Shown here: piece after piece, positions 7,763 through 16,799 of the stretch
How the letters are laid out: each line of letters opens with the position of its first letter
How positions within the stretch are numbered: the stretch's first letter is position 1
Assembly: GCA_964355675.1 (NCBI GenBank)
Contig: CAYHEC010000006.1
Coordinates: 1 to 64,000, forward strand
Source: an uncultured Caldithrix sp.
GTDB lineage: Bacteria; Electryoneota; AABM5-125-24; Hatepunaeales; Hatepunaeaceae
Length of the DNA: 64,000 nucleotides
Reading direction: 5' to 3'
Made by a program: the position numbers and the translations under genes
The notes under the pieces: model-generated
The model's database searches: none
What the model saw: only the letters and a program-made list of their open reading frames with translations
What the model was told of the DNA's origin: nothing

Positions 7763-9061
7763 TTGGAACCTAACATGACCTCATCACACATCAGCCGCAT
7801 CTTCCTTGCGGCAACCTTGATTGCCTTCTCCCGCTTCGCCCCCGCCTGCCCCTCCGGCCATCCGGAAGCATGCCCGGACGACAACTGCGCCCCCATCCCA
7901 AAGGACAACCTCCACAGCACTCAGGAAGAAAACTGGCAGAAGTACGCCAACAACCCCGTCTTCCTCGGCGTCGAAGGCGAATGGGACGCCGGGCCGACCT
8001 GCTTCGTCGTCAGACACTTCCCCTGGGGCTACATGATGATCTACTCAGCCGGAGGAAACTTCGGCAGTGGCTTCGGGCTGGCAACCTCCGAAGACGGCAT
8101 CACTTGGGAGCGCCACCCCAACAACCCGATCATGGTTCCCGACTCAGGCGTCGTCGTCTGGGGACCAGAACTCCTCCACGACGGCGAACGCTACCACCTC
8201 TGGTACGTCTCCAGCGGCATGGACCAGTCCGGCATCTCGCACGCAACCTCGGACGACGCGGTTCACTGGACTCAATCCGAAAACAACCCCGTCATCGACC
8301 ACGGCGGTTGCCACGCAGTGATCTGGGACGGCGAGCAGTACCGCATCTTTATTCAGCACGCTTCCGGCAGACAGCACGGCTTCGAACTGCAAGTCTCGGC
8401 GGATGGAGAATCTTGGGAGACCCGCGGCTTCACCTTCCGCTCGGGATCGGTCGGTAATTGGGACGAGATCACCGCCGCGCCGTCGGTGGCGTATTACGAA
8501 AACCAGCTCCACCTCTGGTACACCGGAGCCGATACCGTTGGCAACCGACGCGGCGAGATTGCTATCGGTCATGCCGCCTCCGACAACTGGGGCGACTCCT
8601 TCAAAATCCCCGAAGTGCGCACCGACCTGCGAGCCCTCAGGCCTACTGAACAGTGGGAGGGGAGAGGGCTCTACTCATCAGGGATTGACTTCGACGGGGA
8701 TTCGGTGAAGGTCTGGTACGCGGCGACGGGAGCCAACGGCGGGTTCGGGTTTGCCTCGAGAGCAGTTAATGCAGTAGCTCCCCGGACTGATGACCGAGCT
8801 GTCGAGCGGGCTCTCTGGAGCATTTCTCCCAATCCAGCGGCGGGAGGCGCGGTGAAGATCAACTATCTGGGGCGTCTCTCTGCTCCGGCGATAGTCAGGC
8901 TGTACGACGCTGGCGGGCGGATGGCATACCAGAAGGTTTTCGGAGCTAACGAGCCGATGCGGGTTGATCCGGCGGCGCTGGGCTTGCCGGTGGGGGAGTA
9001 CATCGTGCAGATAGTGGTTGGGAGCAAGGTTGTGCATCAGCGGCTTGCGGTGGTGAAGTGA
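7763..9061 (+). CDS. Secreted beta-propeller glycoside-hydrolase-like protein (GH43/32-clan-like) with T9SS C-terminal domain; likely start is the ATG at 7775
   Basis: Repeated blade motifs (WQKYANNPVF, ITWERHPNNPIM, VHWTQSENNPVI, LHLWYTG). C-terminal LWSISPNPAAGGAVKINY...GEYIVQIVVGSKVVHQRLAVVK fits a T9SS CTD. High-GC codon usage. Confidence 0.5.
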   Translation: MEPNMTSSHISRIFLAATLIAFSRFAPACPSGHPEACPDDNCAPIPKDNLHSTQEENWQKYANNPVFLGVEGEWDAGPTCFVVRHFPWGYMMIYSAGGNFGSGFGLATSEDGITWERHPNNPIMVPDSGVVVWGPELLHDGERYHLWYVSSGMDQSGISHATSDDAVHWTQSENNPVIDHGGCHAVIWDGEQYRIFIQHASGRQHGFELQVSADGESWETRGFTFRSGSVGNWDEITAAPSVAYYENQLHLWYTGADTVGNRRGEIAIGHAASDNWGDSFKIPEVRTDLRALRPTEQWEGRGLYSSGIDFDGDSVKVWYAATGANGGFGFASRAVNAVAPRTDDRAVERALWSISPNPAAGGAVKINYLGRLSAPAIVRLYDAGGRMAYQKVFGANEPMRVDPAALGLPVGEYIVQIVVGSKVVHQRLAVVK

Positions 9062-9121
9062 GATTAGCGGTAGCGGGGTTGCGAAAGGTCGGTGCGGGGT
9101 TTATCTTAGGGTATCGGGGAG

Positions 9122-9228
9122 GATAGGCATTCCTGCCTGTCTGTCAGTACGATAGGCATTCCTGCCTGTCTGTCAGTACGATAGGCATTCCTGCCTGTCT
9201 GTCAGTACGATAGGCATTCTTGCCTGTC
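9122..9228. repeat. 29-bp tandem repeat GATAGGCATTCCTGCCTGTCTGTCAGTAC x3 plus a partial fourth copy; each unit can form a hairpin (GATAGGCA-TTCC-TGCCTGTC)
   Basis: Read directly: 9122-9150, 9151-9179, 9180-9208, 9209-9228. It is a variant of the CAGTACGACAGGC-hairpin at 9432-9458 and 20395-20421. Confidence 0.9.
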
Positions 9229-9234
9229 AATTCA

Positions 9235-9259
9235 GGAGGACGGATCTCCGCATCCGTCC
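9235..9259. repeat. Hairpin repeat GGAGGACGGATCTCCGCATCCGTCC
   Basis: The exact 25-mer is also at 15089-15113. Three inverted-orientation tandem copies lie at 34521-34630. Confidence 0.9.
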
Positions 9260-9296
9260 ACTTCGTCCACTTCGTCCACCTTGCGTCTTTGGGATG

Positions 9297-9357
9297 GCGT
9301 TCAGAGTTCACAACTTCAGTGTGTCTTGCGTTCAGAGTTCACAACTTCAGTGTGTCT
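9297..9357. repeat. Direct repeat, two copies (31-bp period) of GCGTTCAGAGTTCACAACTTCAGTGTGTCT
   Basis: Read directly: 9297-9326 and 9328-9357. Confidence 0.85.
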
Positions 9358-9431
9358 GGCGTTGATCTGGTCGCTGAACCCGACTCGCGTAGAGGCCGAT
9401 GCCGACGCTTCGGCATCGTGCCCAAATTCCC

Positions 9432-9458
9432 AGTACGACAGGCGTCCCTGCCTGTCAC
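9432..9458. repeat. Hairpin repeat AGTACGACAGGCGTCCCTGCCTGTCAC
   Basis: The exact 27-mer recurs at 20395-20421. Confidence 0.9.
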
Positions 9459-9564
9459 ATTTGATACCGGTACGGGCGAATTTATTCGCCTGTCTTTGAA
9501 GTTTTTAATTTACCTGTAAATTCTGGAAAAGAAAGAAAAACAGCACAAGAAAGGGAATCGTACC

Positions 9565-11865
9565 ATGTCTGAGTACTTAGGCAAACTTTTGGTCGATAAG
9601 ACCGAAATAACCAAAACCTTGACCAACCGAAAGAAGAAGCATATCGAGAAGTCCGTCTCAGTCACTACGAAAATGAACAAGGCTGAAACGATGGAGCTAC
9701 TTAAACAGAAAGCAGTGCTTGAAGAAGCCGATGGCTGGGCAATTCTGACAACGAATATGAAATCATTAAGATTAAAAAAGGACAAGCCTAAGGACGAACA
9801 GCTCGAAGATGAGTTATGGGTTATCATGGCTCAGATGGGCTTTAATGAGCTAAGTGATGGGCGATCTTTTACAATCCGAGAGTATCACAGCCTGAGCCCA
9901 AGGCAAATCGACGTTTTTGGGAAAGATGGAGAGACAGCTATATTAATTGAGTGCACTCACTGTAGAGTTCCCCAAAAGAAAGACATGAGCGAGTTGATAA
10001 ATAAGATCGAGAAAATGAAGGGCAATATAGGAAATTCCATTCGAACCCATTATGGAATAGAGTCTCACCTAAAGGTGGGATGGGTAATTGCAACGAAAAA
10101 TATAGAATGGGGAATCGCAGATCTCGAAAAAGCCAAAACATGTAAAATAACAGTATTACGCGAAGAAGAGATAGAATACTACCACAAATTGATTGGCCTA
10201 TTGCGAGAGGCAGCAAAGTATCAATTTCTATCACATGTATTTTCACAAGAGGAAATTAGCGGCTTGGAATTGCCGGTTGCTGCCACTCGTGGGACTATGG
10301 GAGGAAAACCGTTTTACAATTTTTTAATAAGACCTTATCAGCTCTTAAGAATCGCTTATGTGAGCCATAAGGGGAGTCATAATTCGGAGGATATTGAATC
10401 TTATCAAAGAATGCTCAGTCAAAACAGATTAAAAGCAATTGCCGCTTTTATCGACGAAGGAGGGCAATTTCCAACGAATATAGTAATTAACTTAAGAGGC
10501 AAAATTAGATTCGAAAGAGGTATCCCGATTGGTGATTCTTTTGTCGGTACGTTGTACCTACCTCAGATATACGCGTCTTGTTTGATCATAGATGGACAAC
10601 ATAGATTATATGGCTACATGCATAGTCGGAGGGCAAAGGAAGAAAACGATAAGACCACCGTATCTGTGTTGGCATATGACAATATCTCCCCAATGGATGA
10701 AGCCAATTACTTTATAGATATCAACTCTAAGCAAGTCAAGGTTACCGGAAACTTAATTGCTGAATTATACGCAAATTTGCGATGGGATTCTCCGAGGTTT
10801 GACGACAGACTGATATCCCTTTGCACTCGCACCGTCATGGCAATGAATTCAAAATACAGCTCTCCAATATGCGATAGACTTGCCACTACAAATAAGACGA
10901 AATCAAGTATCAGATGTCTTACACTGAAATCGTTTAATGACGGACTGAAGGAGAATCTATTATTTGGCGTAGAGAATAAGCCCGGACCATTATCTGATTC
11001 AAATTCGAAGGATTTATCTAAGACGTTGTCAAAAGGTGTCGAATTGTTAAGTGCGTATCTAAATCTATTCGCAACAGAATTGCCAGATCACTGGAATTTA
11101 GGTAATGACAAAGGCGGATTTCTTGCCACAAATGAGGGAATTCGGTCCTTACTTAAAGTACTGAAAGGCATTCTCTGGTATATAGAATTCAAAGATCATG
11201 TGGTTGTTGACTGCGAACCGCCTGATATAATACTTCCATATGTCAAGATTTATGTTTGGCCAGTTGTCACATTCTTCAAGAATGCTTCTATTCATGAGAT
11301 TCAAAACTATAGAGACACTTCGGGCTCTTTGAAGAATGTGACAAAAAACGCCAATCGAATGATGCAATTGATAAACAGGGAATATAAGGACTTTACCCCT
11401 TCAGGTCTGAAGGATTTCCTTGAAAATATGGACCAAGAGGGTACCCACGAAGCTCATCATTTAATAGATGACTTAGAGAGAAGATTCTATGCTTATGTAA
11501 TTGCTGTATTAAAATCGAATTATGGCGATCTGTATGAGCAGTGGTGGATGGAGGGAATACCCCTTAAAATTAGAAAAGATTGCAATGACCGATATGAGGA
11601 TGAAAAGGGGGTAAAGGCAAGAGAACAATATCTTTCGCTTGGGAATTTCAGGTCAATAGTGACTGATAAATGGGAATTATTTAATAACGAGTTTGATATT
11701 GGCGAAAAAGGTGGGAAGGATAAAAAAACAGATTGGATGTATCGGTTGAACGAAATTCGTAATATCACGCATCATTCAACAAAATGGCCAGCAACTAAAG
11801 ATCAAGTGAATTTTGTTAGGGAAATTCACTCGAAGTTGGAAGGCAGATTCATTGTTCCAAAATAA
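9565..11865 (+). CDS. DGQHR-domain (DndB/DpdB-like ParB fold) protein with a C-terminal Swt1-like HEPN domain and an N-terminal restriction-endonuclease-like region
   Basis: FPTNIVINL...LIIDGQHRLYGY (DGQHR at nt 10591-10605)...FIDINSKQ. C-terminal DLERRF..YGDLYEQWWMEGIPLKIR..YLSLGNFRSIV..KWELF..RLNEIRNITHH carries the Rx4H HEPN motif (nt 11758-11775). N-terminal QIDVFGKD...AILIECTH is PD-(D/E)xK-like but lacks the Lys. Confidence 0.75.
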   Translation: MSEYLGKLLVDKTEITKTLTNRKKKHIEKSVSVTTKMNKAETMELLKQKAVLEEADGWAILTTNMKSLRLKKDKPKDEQLEDELWVIMAQMGFNELSDGRSFTIREYHSLSPRQIDVFGKDGETAILIECTHCRVPQKKDMSELINKIEKMKGNIGNSIRTHYGIESHLKVGWVIATKNIEWGIADLEKAKTCKITVLREEEIEYYHKLIGLLREAAKYQFLSHVFSQEEISGLELPVAATRGTMGGKPFYNFLIRPYQLLRIAYVSHKGSHNSEDIESYQRMLSQNRLKAIAAFIDEGGQFPTNIVINLRGKIRFERGIPIGDSFVGTLYLPQIYASCLIIDGQHRLYGYMHSRRAKEENDKTTVSVLAYDNISPMDEANYFIDINSKQVKVTGNLIAELYANLRWDSPRFDDRLISLCTRTVMAMNSKYSSPICDRLATTNKTKSSIRCLTLKSFNDGLKENLLFGVENKPGPLSDSNSKDLSKTLSKGVELLSAYLNLFATELPDHWNLGNDKGGFLATNEGIRSLLKVLKGILWYIEFKDHVVVDCEPPDIILPYVKIYVWPVVTFFKNASIHEIQNYRDTSGSLKNVTKNANRMMQLINREYKDFTPSGLKDFLENMDQEGTHEAHHLIDDLERRFYAYVIAVLKSNYGDLYEQWWMEGIPLKIRKDCNDRYEDEKGVKAREQYLSLGNFRSIVTDKWELFNNEFDIGEKGGKDKKTDWMYRLNEIRNITHHSTKWPATKDQVNFVREIHSKLEGRFIVPK

Positions 11866-11877
11866 TAGGCGTCTTTA

Positions 11878-13317
11878 ATGGCAAATATCCTACTTATCGA
11901 ACCCGACTATCGTTCCAAATTTCCACCTCTCGGTCTACTAAAACTCAGCACATACCACAAAGACAAAGGTGATGAAGTCAAGTTCTGGAGGGGTCACAGC
12001 GAAGAATATCGAACTCAGAAGTGGGATCGCGTTTATATTGCTACATTATTCACTTGGGAGTTGCCTCGTGCGATTAAGACGATCAAGTATTATTCCGGAT
12101 CAGTCGTTAATCCTGAACGAGACATATTTGTAGGTGGTGTTGCCGCAACATTATACCCACAGTATATCAAAGATAATGCTGTATGCAACCTTATCGAAGG
12201 AACTCTCGATAAGCCTGATAGACTTGAACCTGGCGCTCCAGCAATCGCTGAACTTGTACCGGATTATGACCTCCTGAAACAGGTTGACTATCCCTATTTC
12301 CCGAATGACGCCTATTTTGTCAGAATTACAAAAGGCTGCATCCGATCATGCAAATTTTGTGCTGTCCCAAGGCTGGAAACTGAATATGGCTATCTAAATT
12401 CCGTAGGCAACCAAGTTGTAAGCGTGAAAGCACTTTATGGTGAGCGTAAAAATCTCGTGGTAATGGACAATAACATTCTCGGCATTGAGGATATTGATTA
12501 TCACATCAATGGCATTGCAGAGATTGGTTTTGAACGTGGCGCAACTTTTAAGGGGAAGCGTCGGTATGTAGATTTCAATCAAGGGTTAGATGCTCGGATT
12601 ATTGCCGAGAAACCAGAACTTGCCAAATTACTCGCGAAGATCTGCCTGTCGCCAGTTCGATTGGCATTCGATTTTAATAGCCGTCTCATGGGACGGGCTT
12701 ATAAAGAGGCCATCCATCTTTTAGCTGCGGAAGGTTTCAGGGAATTTACGAATTATCTTTTATTCAACTTCAATGATGCGCCCGAAGATTTATATAGTCG
12801 TCTAATGGTGAATTATGAGCTGAATGACAAATTAAAATTACAAATTACAGGATTCCCGATGCGGTTCATTCCGATGGATGATGTGAAAAGAAATCACATA
12901 TCACAGTTCTGGAAATGGCGTTTTTTACGTAGTATGCAGTGCGTGTTATTGGCTACGAGGGGCTTGGTAAGTCCAAATCCGAGTTTTCTATTCCGGTCGT
13001 TTGGTCAAACCTATGATGAGTTTCTTGAGATATTATCGATGCCTGATAGGTACATAATCTTCAGAAAAGATTATGAAGATAATGATGCAAGTGAGTGGCG
13101 CGATAGTTTTCGCAAGTTGTCTCCTACAGACAGAAATGAATTTTTGGATCTGTTAGGAGTTCTAAATCGTGACCGCGGTCGAGCCAAGACAATCCCAACA
13201 ATTCGAAGAGATTTTCAAAAGCTATTGTTGCATTATTACCCAGATGGTAAAAATGCTCCTCAGACTCCAAGACGAGATATTTTGGTACGACAAGGAGTAT
13301 CTGTTGGATATGATTGA
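11878..13317 (+). CDS. Radical SAM enzyme with a B12-binding-like N-terminal domain
   Basis: N-terminal NILLIEPDYRSKFPPLGLLKLSTYHKDKGDEV (Rossmann/B12-binding-like). CX3CX2C motif in ITKGCIRSCKFCAVP (Cys codons at 12337, 12349, 12358). The start lies 12 nt after the upstream stop. Confidence 0.8.
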   Translation: MANILLIEPDYRSKFPPLGLLKLSTYHKDKGDEVKFWRGHSEEYRTQKWDRVYIATLFTWELPRAIKTIKYYSGSVVNPERDIFVGGVAATLYPQYIKDNAVCNLIEGTLDKPDRLEPGAPAIAELVPDYDLLKQVDYPYFPNDAYFVRITKGCIRSCKFCAVPRLETEYGYLNSVGNQVVSVKALYGERKNLVVMDNNILGIEDIDYHINGIAEIGFERGATFKGKRRYVDFNQGLDARIIAEKPELAKLLAKICLSPVRLAFDFNSRLMGRAYKEAIHLLAAEGFREFTNYLLFNFNDAPEDLYSRLMVNYELNDKLKLQITGFPMRFIPMDDVKRNHISQFWKWRFLRSMQCVLLATRGLVSPNPSFLFRSFGQTYDEFLEILSMPDRYIIFRKDYEDNDASEWRDSFRKLSPTDRNEFLDLLGVLNRDRGRAKTIPTIRRDFQKLLLHYYPDGKNAPQTPRRDILVRQGVSVGYD

Positions 13318-13527
13318 CAACGCCTCCTCGATGCGCTAACCCCGCCCTCCGGCGCAAACTGTCAAGCGACTAATTGTTCATTAGTGATACCTATGAGTGG
13401 CGCCTCCGAATGCCCCATATTTAACTATTTCTAATTTTGCAATTTACAATTTACACTTTACACTTTCCCACTTCCCTTATTGAACATTTAACAGTCGTAC
13501 ACCTTCTAATTAAAAGACTTAAAAGGT

Positions 13528-15015
13528 ATGGATACCTTATCCCTCACCGTATTCCTCCCCGTTTTAGGGGTGTTAGTCATTGCGTTTCTGAAAGATGAAC
13601 GGGCAATCAGGACGACCGCCCTCTCATTCAGTCTCTTAGTCTTTCTCGCGTCGCTCCCCCTCTGGTTTGGCTTCGATCCAAGTCAAGGCTTATCAGCGGC
13701 TTCCCTGAAAGAACTGATCCAGTTCGAGACTAATCTCCCCTGGGTCGCCAGCCCTAACATCAACTATCACATAGGCTTGGATGGCATCAGCCTGCTCCTC
13801 GTCATGCTGACGACCTTCCTCACTCCCTTATGTATTTGGGGTTCCTGGACTTCTATCAAGTCAAGACCCAAAGGCTATTACATCTCATTCCTCCTCCTTG
13901 AGACAGGTATGCTCGGTGTATTCAGTGCCTTGGACTTGATACTGTTCTACGTTTTCTGGGAAGCCATGCTGATCCCGATGTACCTCCTGATCGGCGTCTG
14001 GGGCGGCCAAAACCGCGTCTATGCCGCTGTTAAGTTCATACTTTACACGATGGTAGGATCGCTCTTGATGCTTGTCGGCATCATCTGGATGTACTTCAAC
14101 GCTGTCCCCGGTACTAACACCTTCGATTTGCTGACGATAAGCTCCTCCGCCGCGATCCCTCATCAAGCTCAGCTTTGGCTGTTTGCCGCCTTTGCATTGG
14201 CTTTCGCCATCAAAGTCCCGATGTTCCCGTTCCATACCTGGCTTCCCGATGCCCATACCGAAGCCCCCACCGCCGGATCGGTCATCCTTGCCGGGGTGTT
14301 GCTCAAGATGGGAACTTACGGTTTCATAAGGTTTTGCATCCCGCTGTTCCCGGAGGCGGCGAATGAATTCGCCGGTACAATTAGTGTGCTGGCGCTGATC
14401 GGCATCGTCTATGGAGCGTTAGTCACGTTATTACAACCGGATATGAAGCGTCTGATTGCCTACTCGTCGGTTAGTCACTTGGGTTTTGTGATGTTAGGAT
14501 TGTTCGCTTTCAACATGCAGGGCATGCAGGGCGGAATGTTGCAAATGATCAATCACGGGCTGTCAACCGGCGCGCTATTCTTTTTAATTGGCGTGATTTA
14601 CGAGCGACGCCACACGCGGCTGATCGCCGATTACGGCGGTCTGGCGAAAGTCATGCCGAAGTATGCCACCGTGTTTCTGATCGTTGCTCTTTCGAGCATT
14701 GGCTTGCCGGGACTAAACGGCTTTGTTGGGGAATTTCTGATACTTACGGGGGCGTTTAAAGCCAACGCCGCGTTCGGGGTGATCGGAGCGACGGGGGTAA
14801 TTCTGGCGGCGGTGTACTTGCTTTGGATGTATCAGCGGGTGTTCTTCGGCGAGGTAACCAATGACAAAAACAAGGGACTGGCAGACCTGACCCGGACGGA
14901 AATGACGATTTTGGCGGCGATGCTGGTGTTAATTGTCTGGATCGGGGTGCATCCATCGACCTTTACGTCGGTCAGCGAGAACGCCGTGAAGTTCGTGATG
15001 AGCCGGGTCTCGTAA
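13528..15015 (+). CDS. nuoM: NADH-quinone oxidoreductase subunit M (NuoM / ND4-like antiporter subunit), solitary
   Basis: 495 aa, many TM helices. Hallmark segments [61 protein letters not shown] and SSVSHLGF. Confidence 0.9.
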   Translation: MDTLSLTVFLPVLGVLVIAFLKDERAIRTTALSFSLLVFLASLPLWFGFDPSQGLSAASLKELIQFETNLPWVASPNINYHIGLDGISLLLVMLTTFLTPLCIWGSWTSIKSRPKGYYISFLLLETGMLGVFSALDLILFYVFWEAMLIPMYLLIGVWGGQNRVYAAVKFILYTMVGSLLMLVGIIWMYFNAVPGTNTFDLLTISSSAAIPHQAQLWLFAAFALAFAIKVPMFPFHTWLPDAHTEAPTAGSVILAGVLLKMGTYGFIRFCIPLFPEAANEFAGTISVLALIGIVYGALVTLLQPDMKRLIAYSSVSHLGFVMLGLFAFNMQGMQGGMLQMINHGLSTGALFFLIGVIYERRHTRLIADYGGLAKVMPKYATVFLIVALSSIGLPGLNGFVGEFLILTGAFKANAAFGVIGATGVILAAVYLLWMYQRVFFGEVTNDKNKGLADLTRTEMTILAAMLVLIVWIGVHPSTFTSVSENAVKFVMSRVS

Positions 15016-15067
15016 AAGATCAGTAGGGCAGGGCGTCACGACCTGTCACATTAGGCTTTTCTTTTGT

Positions 15068-15113
15068 GACAGACGCGAACGTCTGTCGGGAGGACGGATC
15101 TCCGCATCCGTCC
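15068..15113. repeat. Two adjacent hairpin repeats: GACAGACG-CGAA-CGTCTGTC (15068-15087) and GGAGGACGGATCTCCGCATCCGTCC (15089-15113)
   Basis: Read directly. They belong to a hairpin cluster at 15023-15175 that also contains GTAGGGCAGGG... and GCGTCATTCC... modules. Confidence 0.85.
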
Positions 15114-15322
15114 GTTGGGGCATGAAGGCATTGCGCCCGCAGTCAATGGCGCGTCATTCCAGCGCAGGCGGGAATCCAGAAGAGTTAAAACAAAATAGTT
15201 ATTGCAAGTAGTTAATAATGTAGTGCTAACAACTCGTCGGACGGCGATAGTTAGTGCGCAATCTCGGAACTAAATTGCTGAGATCACACTCAATTCCAGT
15301 TAGGGATTTGGAAATTATGAAC

Positions 15323-15619
15323 TCACGACCTCGATTTCAATGCTGCCTGAATGGCGGAATCGCCCTTAATGTACGCTTCGATGGAGTAGATGCGAATTGC
15401 GCATGTTTTTGTGAGAAAGTTTGGTGAAGTTTCTAACACATCAAGCCATTGTCCATACCGTTCATTTTCAGGCACATCATTCACAAGGATAAAGACGTTA
15501 ATACCCTTCTTCACTCTCGCGAGGAGTCTTATCCGAAGTGATTCATTCATTCCGTGACCAGTATAAGGTGGAGGAGTGAACTTTCCTTCAGGCTTATTCA
15601 AACGTTCAACTACTAACAT
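15323..15619 (-). CDS. Hypothetical protein; possible third gene of the higBA operon
   Basis: 98-aa ORF on the same strand, 70 nt downstream of the higA-immA gene. No motif recognised. Confidence 0.3.
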   Translation of the reverse strand: MLVVERLNKPEGKFTPPPYTGHGMNESLRIRLLARVKKGINVFILVNDVPENERYGQWLDVLETSPNFLTKTCAIRIYSIEAYIKGDSAIQAALKSRS

Positions 15620-15689
15620 TTGTTCTCCTGAAATTATAAACGAACATTCTCATTGAGTTCTGGCTATACCAATATCTTAATATATCTCG

Positions 15690-16799
15690 CTATTCTTCCT
15701 CCCAGTTTAATGATTGGTGCAAATGATAGTACCAACTTTTTGGCAGAACATTCTTGCGCTGAAGTCTGCCAAGAATTATTCCTGGAGTTATGCCAATCTC
15801 TCGTGCCCAGTTTTCAATTTGAGTATCAGTGATCACTTGAGTCGCCGCTATTCGTTCAATTCTGTTATAAATTTCTGACGGAATAAGCGTGTCGGCAGCA
15901 AACGCGTCTGCCTCTGCCTCAAACGGATTCTCCTTGCTCTGGTGATCCACATCTATGAAGAGGTCACGAGGCTCGTGCAGGAGCACATGGCCAATCTCGT
16001 GGAACAGCGTGAACCAGAAAATGTCAGCGCGCTTCCCGCGCAAGGTGATCTGTACAGATGGATTATTATTCAGCCATCGCGTCACTCCGGAAACCGGAAA
16101 ACTCTCGAATTCCTTCACCATCAGGAACGCAACGCCGCATTCACGACCGATTTTCTCAAGTTTCGGTTGCCACTCTGCACGCAAATGAAGGAGCGTCAGA
16201 CTTCGAATCTCGGGAAGTCGAGCACGTAAAGCATCGGGATTGAACGGTTCGAGTACGCAAGAGTTGTGCGCCTCTTCGCCTATCCTCAACCAAGCCGCAA
16301 GCTTAATCAACGGCAGATCAAACTTCGGGCTTTTGCGGTAGGCGAAAATGCTTTGGTCGAAATAGTTTTCGAGTGCTTCATAACTCGCGACGCGAAGCCA
16401 GTTCAGTGTAGCTCGTAATCGATCAATTGGTTGCTTAAAGTCTTGCAGATAACCGCGCTTAATTAATTCCCGGTACGGGGTGTCTTTAAACTTTTCCATT
16501 TGACGAGTGAGTTGTGCAACCTCTTGGTCACGAGCGAGGGTGTCCTGATAATTCCGCTCGATATTTAGCCAAAAGTATGCTGGCAAGCCGAGAACCCGTT
16601 CAAGCTGAATCGCCGTTTCCTTGGTAATGGCTTTCTTGGCGTTGATGATCTCGCTGATCGCTTGTGGTGGTTTGCCCATTCTGCGCGATAATTCCAACTG
16701 GCTCATATCGCGAGCTTCAAGGACTTCCTTGATGGTCTCGCCGGGAGGAATTGGAATCGGGGGCAAGTATGGTTTGGGTAGCTGATGTTGCTCAGCCAT
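15690..16799 (-). CDS. higA: HigA-type HTH antitoxin fused to an ImmA/IrrE-family zinc metallopeptidase domain
   Basis: N-terminal PPGETIKEVLEARDMSQLELSRRMGKPPQAISEIINAKKAITKETAIQLERVLG (HigA/XRE HTH). C-terminal HEXXH motif (LFHEIGHVLLHE), as in ImmA/IrrE (DUF955). Overlaps higB by 8 nt. Confidence 0.85.
   Translation of the reverse strand: MAEQHQLPKPYLPPIPIPPGETIKEVLEARDMSQLELSRRMGKPPQAISEIINAKKAITKETAIQLERVLGLPAYFWLNIERNYQDTLARDQEVAQLTRQMEKFKDTPYRELIKRGYLQDFKQPIDRLRATLNWLRVASYEALENYFDQSIFAYRKSPKFDLPLIKLAAWLRIGEEAHNSCVLEPFNPDALRARLPEIRSLTLLHLRAEWQPKLEKIGRECGVAFLMVKEFESFPVSGVTRWLNNNPSVQITLRGKRADIFWFTLFHEIGHVLLHEPRDLFIDVDHQSKENPFEAEADAFAADTLIPSEIYNRIERIAATQVITDTQIENWAREIGITPGIILGRLQRKNVLPKSWYYHLHQSLNWEEE

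Noticed and set aside
7784-9037. Many long alternative-frame and antisense ORFs inside GC-rich genes (for example 7870..8457, 8144..8572, 8678..9037, 3441..3746, 3649..3948, 19887..20396, 20030..20344)
   Set aside because: These are shadow ORFs typical of high-GC coding regions. Their Arg/Pro/Ala-rich low-complexity translations fully overlap well-supported genes (GH-like, SPFH, hflK).
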